DNA from: Botryllus schlosseri
Taxonomy: Eukaryota
NCBI GenBank assembly: GCA_051294905.1
Contig: CM119371.1
Location: forward strand, 11,348,001-11,412,000
Direction: 5' to 3'
Length of the DNA stretch: 64,000 bases
Positions 11,180 to 22,900 of the stretch are shown piece after piece. Under the pieces are notes generated by a model that was not told where the DNA came from, did not search any database, and saw nothing but the letters and a program-made list of their open reading frames with translations. Positions within the stretch are counted from its first letter, which is position 1. Each line of letters opens with the position of its first letter. The position numbers and the translations under genes are program-made.

Positions 11180-13641
11180 ATATACATTGATATAATAGAT
11201 TATACATGGTCCGATGTATGCGTATTCATAAGAGCTATCCTTATAAAACGTGTGTAACAGTTTATGACCAATACAGGTCTAGCTATCTTGGATTAAATAA
11301 CGACTCCTTTGTGTTAAACAGTGGCGGTCCAGTATACTGGACAGCCGGTCGCAAAGGGTTAATAAGTAAACAAAGAATCGGTCACCGTAAATACTATTTT
11401 ATTCAAATCCAAATTTTTCGACGGCAATATCTCCGCTTCCACTGGTTGGAATTGAACCAAATTTGGTGAGCATCGTTTCTATAGACAGCCTAACACTTTC
11501 ATGGGGTGAACAGAAAATTTTCCAACTTTTATTACCTATTTATTTTTATATAATAAATAGAAACTTTCTTCTCCTGTAGCAAAGCGGTTACTGGCTGGAA
11601 TTGAACCAAATTTTGTGTTTAGGCTTAAATTAGGTAACCTAACAATATTATCAAGTAGCCAGAACGATTTGAGAAAAAAAGTCATATTTTAAGAGCCCTA
11701 ATGTCCATGTGAGAGAAACGTTTTAGGGTAGGCCTACTCATATGTCTCGCAGCGTTCTCTACATAATTGTCAATTGCGATACAAACTGTTTGCTTGTATT
11801 GGTAAAGCCATCCAACTTCGAATTGTAAAATGTTGGGAGTCTTGATATCAAATTTTTGAAAGGTGCACTTTGAGAAGATTTCGGAATCTGTCAAATTATA
11901 CAAAAATTTAGCAAATTCTTTGACATATTTCATCTATTTGGAACTCGATCAACGTAAAAGAATTGGTAATCATTTTATACAATGTATTGTATTTGTAGTT
12001 GAAGTATAGTAATAATTCTTATGATTACCGCACTTGTAACGATTCACGGCCATAACTGGAATAATTAGAATGATGTAACTTTCAAATTGTCATGCATTTT
12101 GCAACAACATTGTTCTCAATTTTCAAGGTGCTGACCATTCGAGGAAGAATCACCCACCGGGAATTCACGATCCGTAAACGCGGCCGACTGTTTCTCTCCT
12201 CAAGCGGAAGCGACAGAGAAGAGGAACGAAGAGAAAAAAGGAGCAGAAATAGCAAGAGTGTGACAAGTCGCGTCCGTTCGCTTTAATGCGTATTTCCATC
12301 CGCGAAGTAGTAGGTGGGAAAACTAATGGGCGTTTGGTTAGGGCTTATATAAGGTTGACTCCAGCGCTGTATTTGCTAAATGTTGCTATGAAATAGGGGT
12401 GGTGTCATTTGGTATCAATATTGACTATTGAAAGACCATTTGTTAGTGGTCATGGATTTGTTCGGCCAGTATGCAGTAATTTCTGATGGTCACTTCCCGG
12501 GCTTCTGTTCTCTAACCCCTCATGATTGTTATTCTGCTTCTAGTAAGACTGTCGATTCTAATGTTTTATCGTATCATTTGTCGGAGTTTTCGCTCGCTTT
12601 ATTTACAACGTTTTGCTCTCTGCTAGGTCAATTACTGGCTGAGTATCACTACAGCCTAAGAAACTGCACTAATTCTCATTTTAATGTCTTGCTGGTTATC
12701 TTGCTGTCAATTCTAATAATTTATTAATGTCTATACCAGTGCCGCCACTCAAATGTTTTGTTCTCTGTACACAATATTGTTAGGTCTTCAGCTTTCCAGG
12801 CAGAGTATCATTCCACTTTCTAGACTTGAGTATATATCTCTCCAACTAGCTGCCAAATAACTGATTCATTTGGATTGTTGAATTGATCATTTTGGACAGA
12901 ATGTGAAGAAATTTTAGTCAAGAATTCTTTTGGTGTTAGTGGCTGTTTTCAAAGAGTGCTGAAGTAGTCATCGTTGATCTTGATAATCAAGTAGAAGTGA
13001 CGATTGAAGTCAGTTCTCTAGTCATATAATATTTAAAAATATAATAATAAAACTTGAAAACTTGAGTGGAAATAGTTCAGAATCGAATCCATTTTAGTAA
13101 GTATGGGCGAAAAAAATGTAGGAGTCATTCGTTAGTCGCTACCTCTGCCATTTTCGCAGTACGAATGTCTTAGCTATTAATCATCATTTTCATTTTATTT
13201 CTGCAGGGTGTTGAAAAAAAAAATACGCATGCTGGTTATTTAACTGGCTCATCAGAAGATGAAACCTGATGATAAGGACTGTTTCACTTTCTTTCTAAAG
13301 ACATTCGTTCGTTTGTTCGTTTTATTTTTTACAACGGCATTATTGCCAATTCGTTTGAAATTAAATTATCACAAATGTGATTAATATGTAGTAAATAATG
13401 TGGTGTGTGTACGCAGCCGTGATCAGGTTAAGCCCATAGTGGTAGAAAACAGGTTATTATATCAGGATCTTCTTCTTCTAACGTAGGATCTACATTCTAC
13501 TCACCATGTTTAAAGGCTGTAGCATCTGCATAATATTTACATTATTGAAGGACATGGAAAAGACGTTGAATTGAGTCGACACAAAATCCCCCTTTCTACG
13601 ACCTGCCGAGATCTAATATCTACTATATCGGCTCGGCTTTT

Positions 13642-14873
13642 CTACATCTTTGGTCTGTACTGTGTTTGCTGGGATAATTTTAAGCCAACTCGAACTTCGG
13701 AACTCATCTGCACGGTTACAGTGCAAATACCTTTCACTTTCAGTGGCTTGTCGCCGTACGCTACGAAAGAGCAATGGTATGCTGAGAGTCTCGGAGAGCC
13801 CAAAGTTTTGTACCCAGTCAATCCCACCATGGCGGAGGGTACCCCAGTGTCCCACTGTGTCGGCAACGGAATGCCGTTGATGCTGGAGTTGATCCAGAGC
13901 TGGTTTCCTACGCGTCGATAGAGTTGATCGATGTCGAAGGAGAGGAGTGGCACCGAGCAGAAATTGACGGATGTGACCAGTTGTGTGGCACACAGGTTTG
14001 CTATGACCTTTACGACCACATTTCTGACATACTGCATGTCGATATTGACAGTCTTTTCTCTGGTGATCGATGAAACAGCGGCTGCAGGATTTCAGTCTTT
14101 CCGGGAAGTTGCCTCGGGTGGATTTGGAAGGTTTTCTCCCCTTCTGATAACTTCCCGTCATTTTGTTGACGGTGGAAGTGTCTTTGCCGCTACTCTCACC
14201 CTGGATAACCCTATCAGTTTCGAGGGATGGATTGGTTTGTGCTAGACAATGCCGTCTCACATCCTCGTGCGGCGTTTCTTTAATGATGAGATCGCGCATT
14301 AGCTCATCAACGCAGCTCTGATCACAGCCATCTCTTGAGCATGTGAAGTTGCAATCTTTGGAGATTCCGTGTAGAGTAGCGATCCAATCGGCATACGACT
14401 GGCCCGGTTGCATTGTAAAATTCGTACCTGGCAGCTTGCACATGAATTGAGTCCTTGAAGTGTGTAGACAACTTCTCATTCAACGCGTCGAAGGTTTTCG
14501 CACTGACATCAGCAGCACCAAACAAATTACGTAGGAGCGAGTACGTTTCAGATCCGACCCATGAGAATAGACACGCTCCTTTCTTCTCCATGTTGGAAAT
14601 GCCGTAAATTGCAAGGTGATGGTTGAATCGTTGCAGATATTGGTCCCACTTCTCCTTTGATTTGATGAACGAATCAAACTAGGGAGCGGTAGATTCAGAT
14701 GTTGACGCACCGGAATTCAACCTCTGCGCCAATTGCGCCATTTCTGTCATGACTTTTGTCATTGCTTCGTCATGCTTTGCTTGTTGTTGCACCAGCATCT
14801 CTTGCTTCTTCGCTTGTTGTTGCACCATCATCTCTTGCTGCTTCTCAAGAATTTTCAATATACTTGCTTCCAT
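13642..14873 (-). pseudogene. Gag (two Zn knuckles) plus aspartic protease, frameshifted
   Basis: Pieces MEASILK..., WDQYLQRF, CSRCFIDHQRKDC, CQKCGRKGHSKPVC and the protease motif QWDTG are spread over several frames with an internal stop. Confidence 0.9.
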
Positions 14874-14901
14874 GATGTATCTCAGTCGCAGAAATAAATA
14901 A

Positions 14902-14921
14902 GAATCCGACATCTGACACCA
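14902..14921 (-). promoter_or_regulatory. Primer binding site, tRNA-Leu type
   Basis: TGGTGTCAGATGTCGGATTC lies 2 nt after the LTR end and resembles the tRNA-Leu PBS TGGTGTCAGAAGTGGGAT. Confidence 0.8.
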
Positions 14922-16489
14922 ATTGTTATGATCTTGATCTTGTTTGAACAATAACTCAATTCGTATGCTGATGTTTCGAATGCTGAATATTCGGTCTCCA
15001 TTCAATGCCGGAGTACCCCTGGTCTCTGTATGTTCAATGTGTTCGATAACAGACGGACGGACTAACGGACTATTCTCTGTGGTGGCAAAAAAGGTACATA
15101 TTCGAACGTTGACATATTACAATATATTGTGGCGTCATAATGAGTGATACTCGATTACTGGACTCGAAGCATAATACGTGATTCAGAATCGAATCACTTA
15201 GGTACTCGATTTTGCCCAGCCCTATTTAATATGTATCAGCTTAAATTTACATGCTGATTCAGTGCATGACACGCGCACTACCGGGTAGCCAAAAGTCTGT
15301 CTTGTCTATTCTATCTCTCAGTGGCCCAGCTATCGAGGATGATTTCATCAACACAGAGTTAAATATATGACAGGGTATAAGTCAATTGCGTATGTCTTCA
15401 TGCGCACCACATAAGTGGATAAATACTGCAGCGTGGTAATCTGGGAAATCATAGAGGTCACTCCAGACCAGGGGTTCACAACCTTTTTAACACCGTGGCG
15501 CCCTTTGAAAACTTTACAATATCATCGGCCCACCTATTACTTTCAAAGCTTCAAAATACTTAATAACATGTCATTTCAATTAAACAACTGGCGTATACAA
15601 TTATAGTGTTGCGGTCATATAAATCATAAATTTAAAAGATTATTATTTTGCGTATTTTTTGACTCACATGTTGGGAACCCCTGTTCTAGACAGAGTCTAG
15701 CTCCATATTAGGTAAGGTATTAAGTGAAATGCTCTCCGACGCGTCATTCTGAAAGTCGGCAACATGCCATGGGCCTGTTGTGAACCACCAAAGTATTATA
15801 GACGTCATAGAATGCGAAAAAACATTCACCATAATCTTCACTTAAAGGATATTGACCGAGCTAGAAGTACAGGTAGTAAAGAATATGGGAAATATGAAAT
15901 ATGAACGTATCCAGATTAGCATTATACTTGGACTAACTGTACAATAGACGTTTCAACGTGATTCTCGTTTCGCAAGGTGTATTCAATGCCATCTTTTGAT
16001 CAAAATGTACCGCGTCATAGCACCTAATTTGTGGATGAACTCGCTCCCTGCGTGAGATTCGCAGAAACATGTTCGATCTTCATATTGCAGGTATAATATT
16101 TGATCATGCACGTATACATCGAACCTATATTACAGGCCGATGTTATTCCTAATAGGACTTACGCCTATAGTGGTGCATATCAATAGTACTATAACTATGT
16201 CTACTACGAATGTGTTCGCAACTACATATTTGCTTCCTGTGTTCACGTAAACTATTAAAGCTAACATTGCCGCCAAGGAAGTATTTTTCATGCAAATGTT
16301 ATAGTACAATCGGTTCATAAATTGCTGTAGCGTAAGCGCACTTCATGCGGAAATGGTTAGACTATCGCTGACCTCGTAATATTTGTGTTGTTCACTGAAA
16401 GTTTGGTTGAATGGGAAAAACTTTCTTCAGGGACAACCGGACCCGTCGAGTGGTAGCAGGCATAGCATACATCACATCTTATAAAGTGC

Positions 16490-17545
16490 AGTTTGTTTTA
16501 TTTGGGGTATTCATGGTGTTTGTCGACTACTATAGTCATTTAAACCATCAGGCCGATATTCTTCATTTTTATCCCGTAGCTGCCGACTTGTAGCACGGCC
16601 CATATCTAAGCTTTTATAAGACACCGCTTAAGCCAGGGGTTCGCGTCGCGAAACAGAATGATCAGATCCTCGCACTGTGTGATTTGGACTTTAGTGATAC
16701 TATTGTGGGGAATATTATAATCATTCTTGGCCAGCATAGAACATTCATTGGTGAATGGGGTACTACAGAGAAGTGGAGAAAGATTTTTCAAATGCATGAT
16801 GTACTCTTGTACCAAAACAACTGAAGTTGCGATGTCAGAATATTCAATCCAATGATACAATCAATTCCCGTTACTATTTCAGTATGTACAATGATTTCTA
16901 GGCCGGACATTTTAAACCGACTTCAACGATTAATGCGCTCCGATAAATCCTCAATCCATTAAGATTCGCTGTTGCGGTGGTGCAGTATACCTCACCAGAA
17001 GTTGCTAATAATTTGCAATTATGGCTATGTTTAGCTTGCAATAATACTGCCTGCCGAAGTACAGTAAATCTGTACATCAATTGCACTTCATTACGAGTTC
17101 ATTGCATACCTCTTTCAACGGCATACGACATATGACCCTACCGGAATACTTGGTTACTTCAACATTCTCTTCCAGTTATTATACGCGTGAAATTATTTTA
17201 GTTACTGTTAGCCGTAGGTTGTCATAGCCAATACAAAAAGCCACCGTTTCTCCCTAACGTTTTCTATTTGTACATGCTGACTTCATGCGTGCCACTACGT
17301 GTAATCAGAGTCAGATGAAAAGCTTTATGTAGCCTACGTATAATTAGATAATACGAATTTATTTTTAGCGGGTAACATAAGAAATATTACTAAACTTACA
17401 TTAATTCTGAAATTTTTTAAATGGCTCTGTGGCCCACCTCAATATGCTCTGTGGCCCACCAGTGGGCCATGGCCCACCCTTTGAGAACCCGTGGCCTACG
17501 CGGATGAGATGGTGTGAAGGAGCCTAAACAAACATCCAACACTTG
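16490..17545 (-). mobile_element. SINE family 1 fragment split by a hAT element
   Basis: 16490-16633 and 17494-17545 are consecutive parts of the SINE body seen at 51608-51905. Confidence 0.75.
16634..17493. mobile_element. Non-autonomous hAT element
   Basis: CAGGGGTTC...GAACCCGTG ends. Flanks GCTTAAGC and GCCTACGC each differ by 1 nt from the SINE target GCTTACGC. Confidence 0.75.
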
Positions 17546-18639
17546 GGAAGATAAAGTACAGTGATATATGACATTGTGGATTTGAGAACGACGACAAACA
17601 GCCATTTCGATCCTGGTGACGTTCTGTAGTGAATCAGGACCCCTAGCATCCGTAACTGACGTGGCGTAGGCTATGTTACAAATAGTTGTGGGAAACCAGA
17701 TATTTGGATAAAGGCAAGTTTTGAATAACAATCTTTGCCTCGCTTCCAAATTGGCTGAAGTCATCAGAGGCCTCAGATTCAAAAGGGTTAACTATGGATA
17801 GTCCATCCGAACGCCTTATTTCGATAAAATAATGGAACTTTTCATCAACCAATTCGGTGTCAATCTTACATCTGGTTGACGATGTTGCAGCAGCGCATGC
17901 CATCTGTGGACGCCAAAGCCATGCATACCATATGACTTAGCGATTTATGGCGTGTATTCGAGCTCTTAGCAACGAATAGACCTGCTGGAAACGTTATTGA
18001 TGCGTCCTTCCGTCACAACCCGCACTCAGCAACTTGGAAAACATAGTGCGCGAGCAAGTATTAGCGTGAAGCAGCGCGGGCGAGGCGTTGTAGCCCTATA
18101 TAAAGAGTAAACTCTTGTTCATAAGTGGGACGTTGCCACGACAACGTAATTCATCGTCATCATTATCGCCTTGAGACAAGAACGTATTGTTCATTCTAAA
18201 TACCATGCAAAGTACGTTAATCACATATCATCCTGTCGTAAACGAGACAGCATCTTGTGACGTGCGAAAATGGTGACGTTGCTATGTTAAAATTCAAAAG
18301 TCGTGCATACGCCAAAGGCGTAAAATTCAGGGATATCTAGAATTATCTGGTAAAACTTGTGCTTTGAAAATACAAGAGCCTTTTCGTGCGTTCGAAAGAG
18401 CAATTAATGACGGTGGCATAACTTAGTCCAACTCGGGTGCTTTGAGCTGTGCATAAACGCGGTAAACACCGCTCATATAAATCTATTGATGCCATCACCA
18501 AGTAACTACTTATGATAGATCCGTTATGCCATTTTCATCATATTTTTAAAGTTGGTTTTCGTTCCTTTTATTTGACTCGACATCAAATATACTTCATATC
18601 AAAACTCGATTACATTACAACGTAGATGTACTGTACATG

Positions 18640-19905
18640 TCAGCCCTCAAGATTACCGAACCACGATCTGACATATCGATCTCGACCTCAGTCACATGCC
18701 GCCTCAGTTTTCGCTTGTCCTTTTACATTGTCTCGCATTTTTTACTTTCCATTCATTGTGCATGCCTCCTCTTTACATTGCCTATGCCAGGGTTGGGCAA
18801 ATGTTTAAGCTCGCGGGCCGCATCCATCATCTGAATCCCTTCGCGGGACGCATTGTGGTATAATCGAAATTACAAGCCACGAAGCAAGCTATTATTTGAT
18901 TATATAGTAACTAGCATATAGTAACCGTAGACATGAAGGCAATACACACACAAAAAAAAATTTAAACATTAATGTGATCACCGTACATACATCAGCAGCA
19001 TTAACGAGATTTTATAAGCTGGACATCCCTAATCAATTCGTCAAAATTAGGGACGAAAGTAGGTTGTACCGATTCTTAAGAAAGGATGGAAATTTGAATG
19101 TGGGAGAATAGATCAGCTCATATAGATATATTATTTTTCGGCGTTTGGTCAACTTCAGAACGCACAATGCTAAAAGCGTCATAACCATCATATCACCTAA
19201 ATACGTTTCTGTAAAAGACTTGCGGTGTCAAACATGCCTCTTCGCGTACTTTTGTAAACTGGTCATGCACGACATGATTTACTACTGTTTCCAACATTTT
19301 AATAATTCCTTGATTTATTTTGCACCTCATCAATTGATAAATTGTGCCTTTAATTGGGATGATCGGCATGAAATGGTGTTTCAAATTGCAGCAACAAAAC
19401 GTTTAGCTTTTTGTATTGATTTGTACATCTCATTATTAATGAGTTGAGACGGAGGTTATAAATGATTTGCACCCAACTGCGCATAGAGGAAAAATCTACA
19501 ACACACACATGAACCGTTTTTTCAACTACAGCACTGAAAGTTAGAGTTCTAAACTAAAATCACAATTGTGATCCGAACTAGAAGTTATGTCCGTTTTGAT
19601 GTTCTTGGAAGCTTAGCAACTGAAACTTTTCAAAATATGTTGGACTCCAGGACGGGTTATTATGCCTACAATAAATTTTTTATCAATATTTTATTACCTT
19701 TCACGATGCTTTAGTAGGCCGCACGAAATGGTGTCACGGACCGCATGCGGCCCGCGGGCCGTAGTTTTTCCCCCATGGTCTTGACCCGGATGTTTTTCTG
19801 ATTTCGAAGACTACACTAAGTCGTTTCAACACTTTCCTATATTTTCATAATATCGCAGTATTGTTGTTTTTAAATTACAAAATTATTTTTAAACTGATAC
19901 TGATA
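18640..19905 (+). mobile_element. LINE-like 3' end split by a hAT MITE (18788-19777)
   Basis: 18640-18787 plus 19778-19905 match the contiguous copy at about 59870-60140. The insert has CAGGGTTGGGCAA ends and is related to 41721-43809. Confidence 0.7.
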
Positions 19906-19910
19906 CTAAG

Positions 19911-22900
19911 TCAACGAGTCCCGTATAGAATATTCTCCTTCAAAACCGACCCGGAGGTTTGGACGTCGGCTTGTGCAAAAGTGTAAGTCGAATCGGTTGC
20001 CGTTGCATTTGCACTGTTAGTGTCGCATTTCGTTTCAGAACATGTACCATCGTTTTCGCTCAATCTCGTTACATCTGACGATTGCTTTCCTGATCCATCC
20101 ATTTCGTATATTTCATTTTCTTTCAACTCAGAGCTAGCATGCTGTTTTCTGTCTTTATTTCGTCCATTCCTAAACGACAATGAAATACTTTTATAAATAG
20201 GCCCCTACCTGTTTCACGTGAGAGTGCCTACTGATTCAGTGCATGGCTTGGGGCGGTATCCAACGGATGTCAGAGACCAGGGGTGGGTGGCCGACCGGCA
20301 GCCGTAGAAGGAAAATTGCGAGGCCGTCGACACGCCATGTAGTAAGTGATGTGTATAGGCAGCCGTCGACATGAGGATATTGAATTTACGATTTGACTCT
20401 CACGATTCAATATGACTCCACATTTCAATTTAAATATAGTAGCGCCCTTTGCAATTTCGGTGTCACAGTACAGATGTGAACAGCAGAAGAGAATGCATGA
20501 AGCGCTTCATATAGAAATACCAACTTGGAATCATGTGCTCCTCAGATATGAAAGTTTATTTAGTGTACGTTTTGGCGATTCTAATATATTGACACAAAAC
20601 CGACAATCCTGACGGGAGCCCAAGAAATGACAGCATGCATAAAAGTAATTATTAACTCTTGGCCCACCCGAAGATGCATCATTATTTATAACTTGCACTA
20701 AATTTTCGAAAACACTCCCACCATCTACTATACCGATGAATTTCATCACATGGGTTGATATTGGATAAATATTTCATTGTAATATGTTAATATCCAGACG
20801 TGGGTCTTTTGCACAACTGCTAATGTTGAGGACTAAATTCATTCCTGAATTTAAAAGAAGTTCACGTTAGGCGCGACTACCGAATCCCAGTAACTGTTCA
20901 TAGCATAAGTACTCGCAATTTCGGTGCAAGTAGTAAGCAGATACATCGATTCGTCCGCAGTTCGCCGGAAATGTACACAGGTGGTTTCAGATGAGTAGTT
21001 GGCGTCCAATTAGTTTATTACGACTATGCACTAGAATCCGGCCGCACAGTACATAAGTAATAGAAATGCGGCCCTGAATAGCAAAGAGGTAGGTCTCCCC
21101 TGTTATAGACAGATTATCGCACAGTGACATAGCTATTCAGGGTTATGCCATCGATATTAACTAAAATACAGAAGAGTGTATAAGTCAATCGTACATATCT
21201 GCAGTTGAGTCGATCAGTAACGAAGTACATTCACTTTTTTTGATTGGTCACAACGCAGTATCCGATACATGTAGTACAAAGCTATATCCGTAAGTGAAAA
21301 TGACGTATCTGTGAAGTCGTGATCAATCCACAACATTGTCACAAAGACGAATGAAATAGACATAGTTGAGGTTTTCCTCTTTTTCTTCTTACTCTACTGG
21401 TTATGTTTCAGACTAGTTCCACTCCTACTTGACAATTTTTAAGAAAAATACGTTTTCTAGTTTAAACGGTAGAAAATAGTTGTGGGATGAGTTTACACCC
21501 CTTTTATCAGTGAAATTGTTAAGCAATGCGTGAAATTTCCCCTGCGTCACCGTAACTGAATATGGTCAAAATATTGTAGCTATTTGCAGCATATATAGTC
21601 ATTTTGTATTATTCGTGAAGATGCATCTTGGAATTACGAAAGTGTCTTCAACTCCGATTAGCTGCTAGAAGTGTGGGACCCCTTGAACTATTCTACTTTC
21701 TGAAAAAAATTACTGAAGTATTTTTTAGCCTTTCATTTTCATATGCCACTTACAGCAGTGGTCTGTGGTTCCAATGCTTTTTGAATGTCGGAGCCGCATT
21801 TCAAACTTCAGAGTACGTATGGAGCCACATGAAAACACTCGAGTATTAGCTAATTATAACTAAAATTCTACGGTAGCTAGCCTACCTCTTGATCTCACCA
21901 TCCAGCTAATTCAAAAGCATGCACAATTCACTCATACTTCTATTGATTCTATATCGGTTATTTCAGCATTCATAGACACAGATTGGCGAGCGCTATATAT
22001 TGAAATAAAGTGAAAATGCATACTATTACAACAATGCTATTATGTCGTTATGCGAAAGCTCTTCATACTTTGCAGCAATGCTCCCTCTAATTTTTGACGA
22101 GTCTGCGCACACTCACCAACACTGCGCAGACCCTTGGACAACAGTGCGCAACGACTAAAAAAAGTCATCACTTTGCATTTTTTGTTTGCAACTGAGATTT
22201 TTTGTGCGCAGAGTTTCAGCACTGCGCATTTGCGCATTGCAATTTATACTTGACTTGAGCCGTTATTTCAATGTTGGTAAAATAGTGTCGAAATTGACTC
22301 TTCACATAGAGCAGTGGTCGAGAACCTATGGCTCGCGAGCCATATATGGCTCTTTTGGGTATAAGATATGGCTCTTTACCAAATTTTTAATTTTGTAATA
22401 AATTTATCAATATTGCAGCACCTTGTTAGTAAATTTTCATACCGGCCAGAATAATTGTTCTCGTGGTAGCCTAAACATGTCTTTGAGAGTTCAATACAGT
22501 TGGGAATCTAGGGTTAGGTCTTGTATCCTCTTTTATATATCCTGAAATTCAAAATTCAAATTAAAAACAAAGCCATAGCTATCCATGTTCTTGATTAGTG
22601 CGGAGCGGATCGACAAATTCTCTAGTACGGCTCCGATCCGGCTCCGGCCGTATCAGGAAAAAGTACTGATTCGGCTCCGGCTAAAAATGAAAAAGTCCGG
22701 CCAGAAATCCGGCCCTACACGGTATGGGGGTTCCGTGAATTGATAACTATCCCTCGTTTATCTTCTCATGGCTCGGCGGTTACTTTCGTGTGGTTGGTTT
22801 GTTGACATGCTTATTCATAAAGATTCTGGCCGTATCAAAAAAGTATTGATCCGGCTCCGGCCGTAACAGAAAAAGTACTGATCCGGCTCCGGTCCGATCT

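Larger units (their letters stand above)
5144..11358. mobile_element. Non-autonomous piggyBac-like element
   Basis: TTAA at 5140-5143 and 11359-11362. TIRs CCCTTTGTGATCGGC and CCCTTTGCGACCGGC. Confidence 0.8.
4816..11700. mobile_element. hATm-like palindromic MITE, outer shell of a nested cluster
   Basis: About 315-bp TIRs starting TAGGGCTCTT (4816-5130 and 11385-11700). Flanks ATGAACAG/ATGTCCAT match at 5 of 8, consistent with a decayed TSD. Confidence 0.8.
13587..15121 (-). mobile_element. Gypsy (Mag-like) LTR retrotransposon relic: 5' LTR, PBS, gag-protease, PPT
   Basis: TG...CA LTR at 15121-14924, PBS at 14921-14902, gag-pro, then the purine tract AGAAAGGGGGA at 13597-13587. No RT/integrase and no 3' LTR found. 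Confidence 0.9.
15240..18640 (-). pseudogene. Reduced tandem paralog of the 19911-31750 membrane-protein locus
   Basis: Collinear homology: 15250-15410 with 20230-21210, 15700-15880 with 23960-24140, and 17890-18530 with 35200-35840. Retains a spliceable hydrophobic exon at 16251-16163 (YVNTGSKYVVANTFVVDIVIVLLICTTIG). Confidence 0.55.

Noticed and set aside
12170..13300. TATA-containing segment and exon-like piece as a separate gene
   Set aside because: No coherent open spliced frame; probably the interior of an unresolved mobile element.
13571..14245. Plus-strand ORFs of 116, 76 and 104 aa
   Set aside because: Antisense shadows of the gag-protease region.
17109..17294. Possible C-type-lectin-like host exon ending GRVICRMPLKE (copy at 1-64)
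   Set aside because: It has three in-frame stops and lies inside a TSD-bounded hAT insertion.
17580..17903. FN3-like domain from the ORFs at 17676-17903 and 17417-17782
   Set aside because: It needs a frameshift, lacks the diagnostic Trp/Tyr pattern, and the paralogous 35.0-35.2 kb segment is full of stops.
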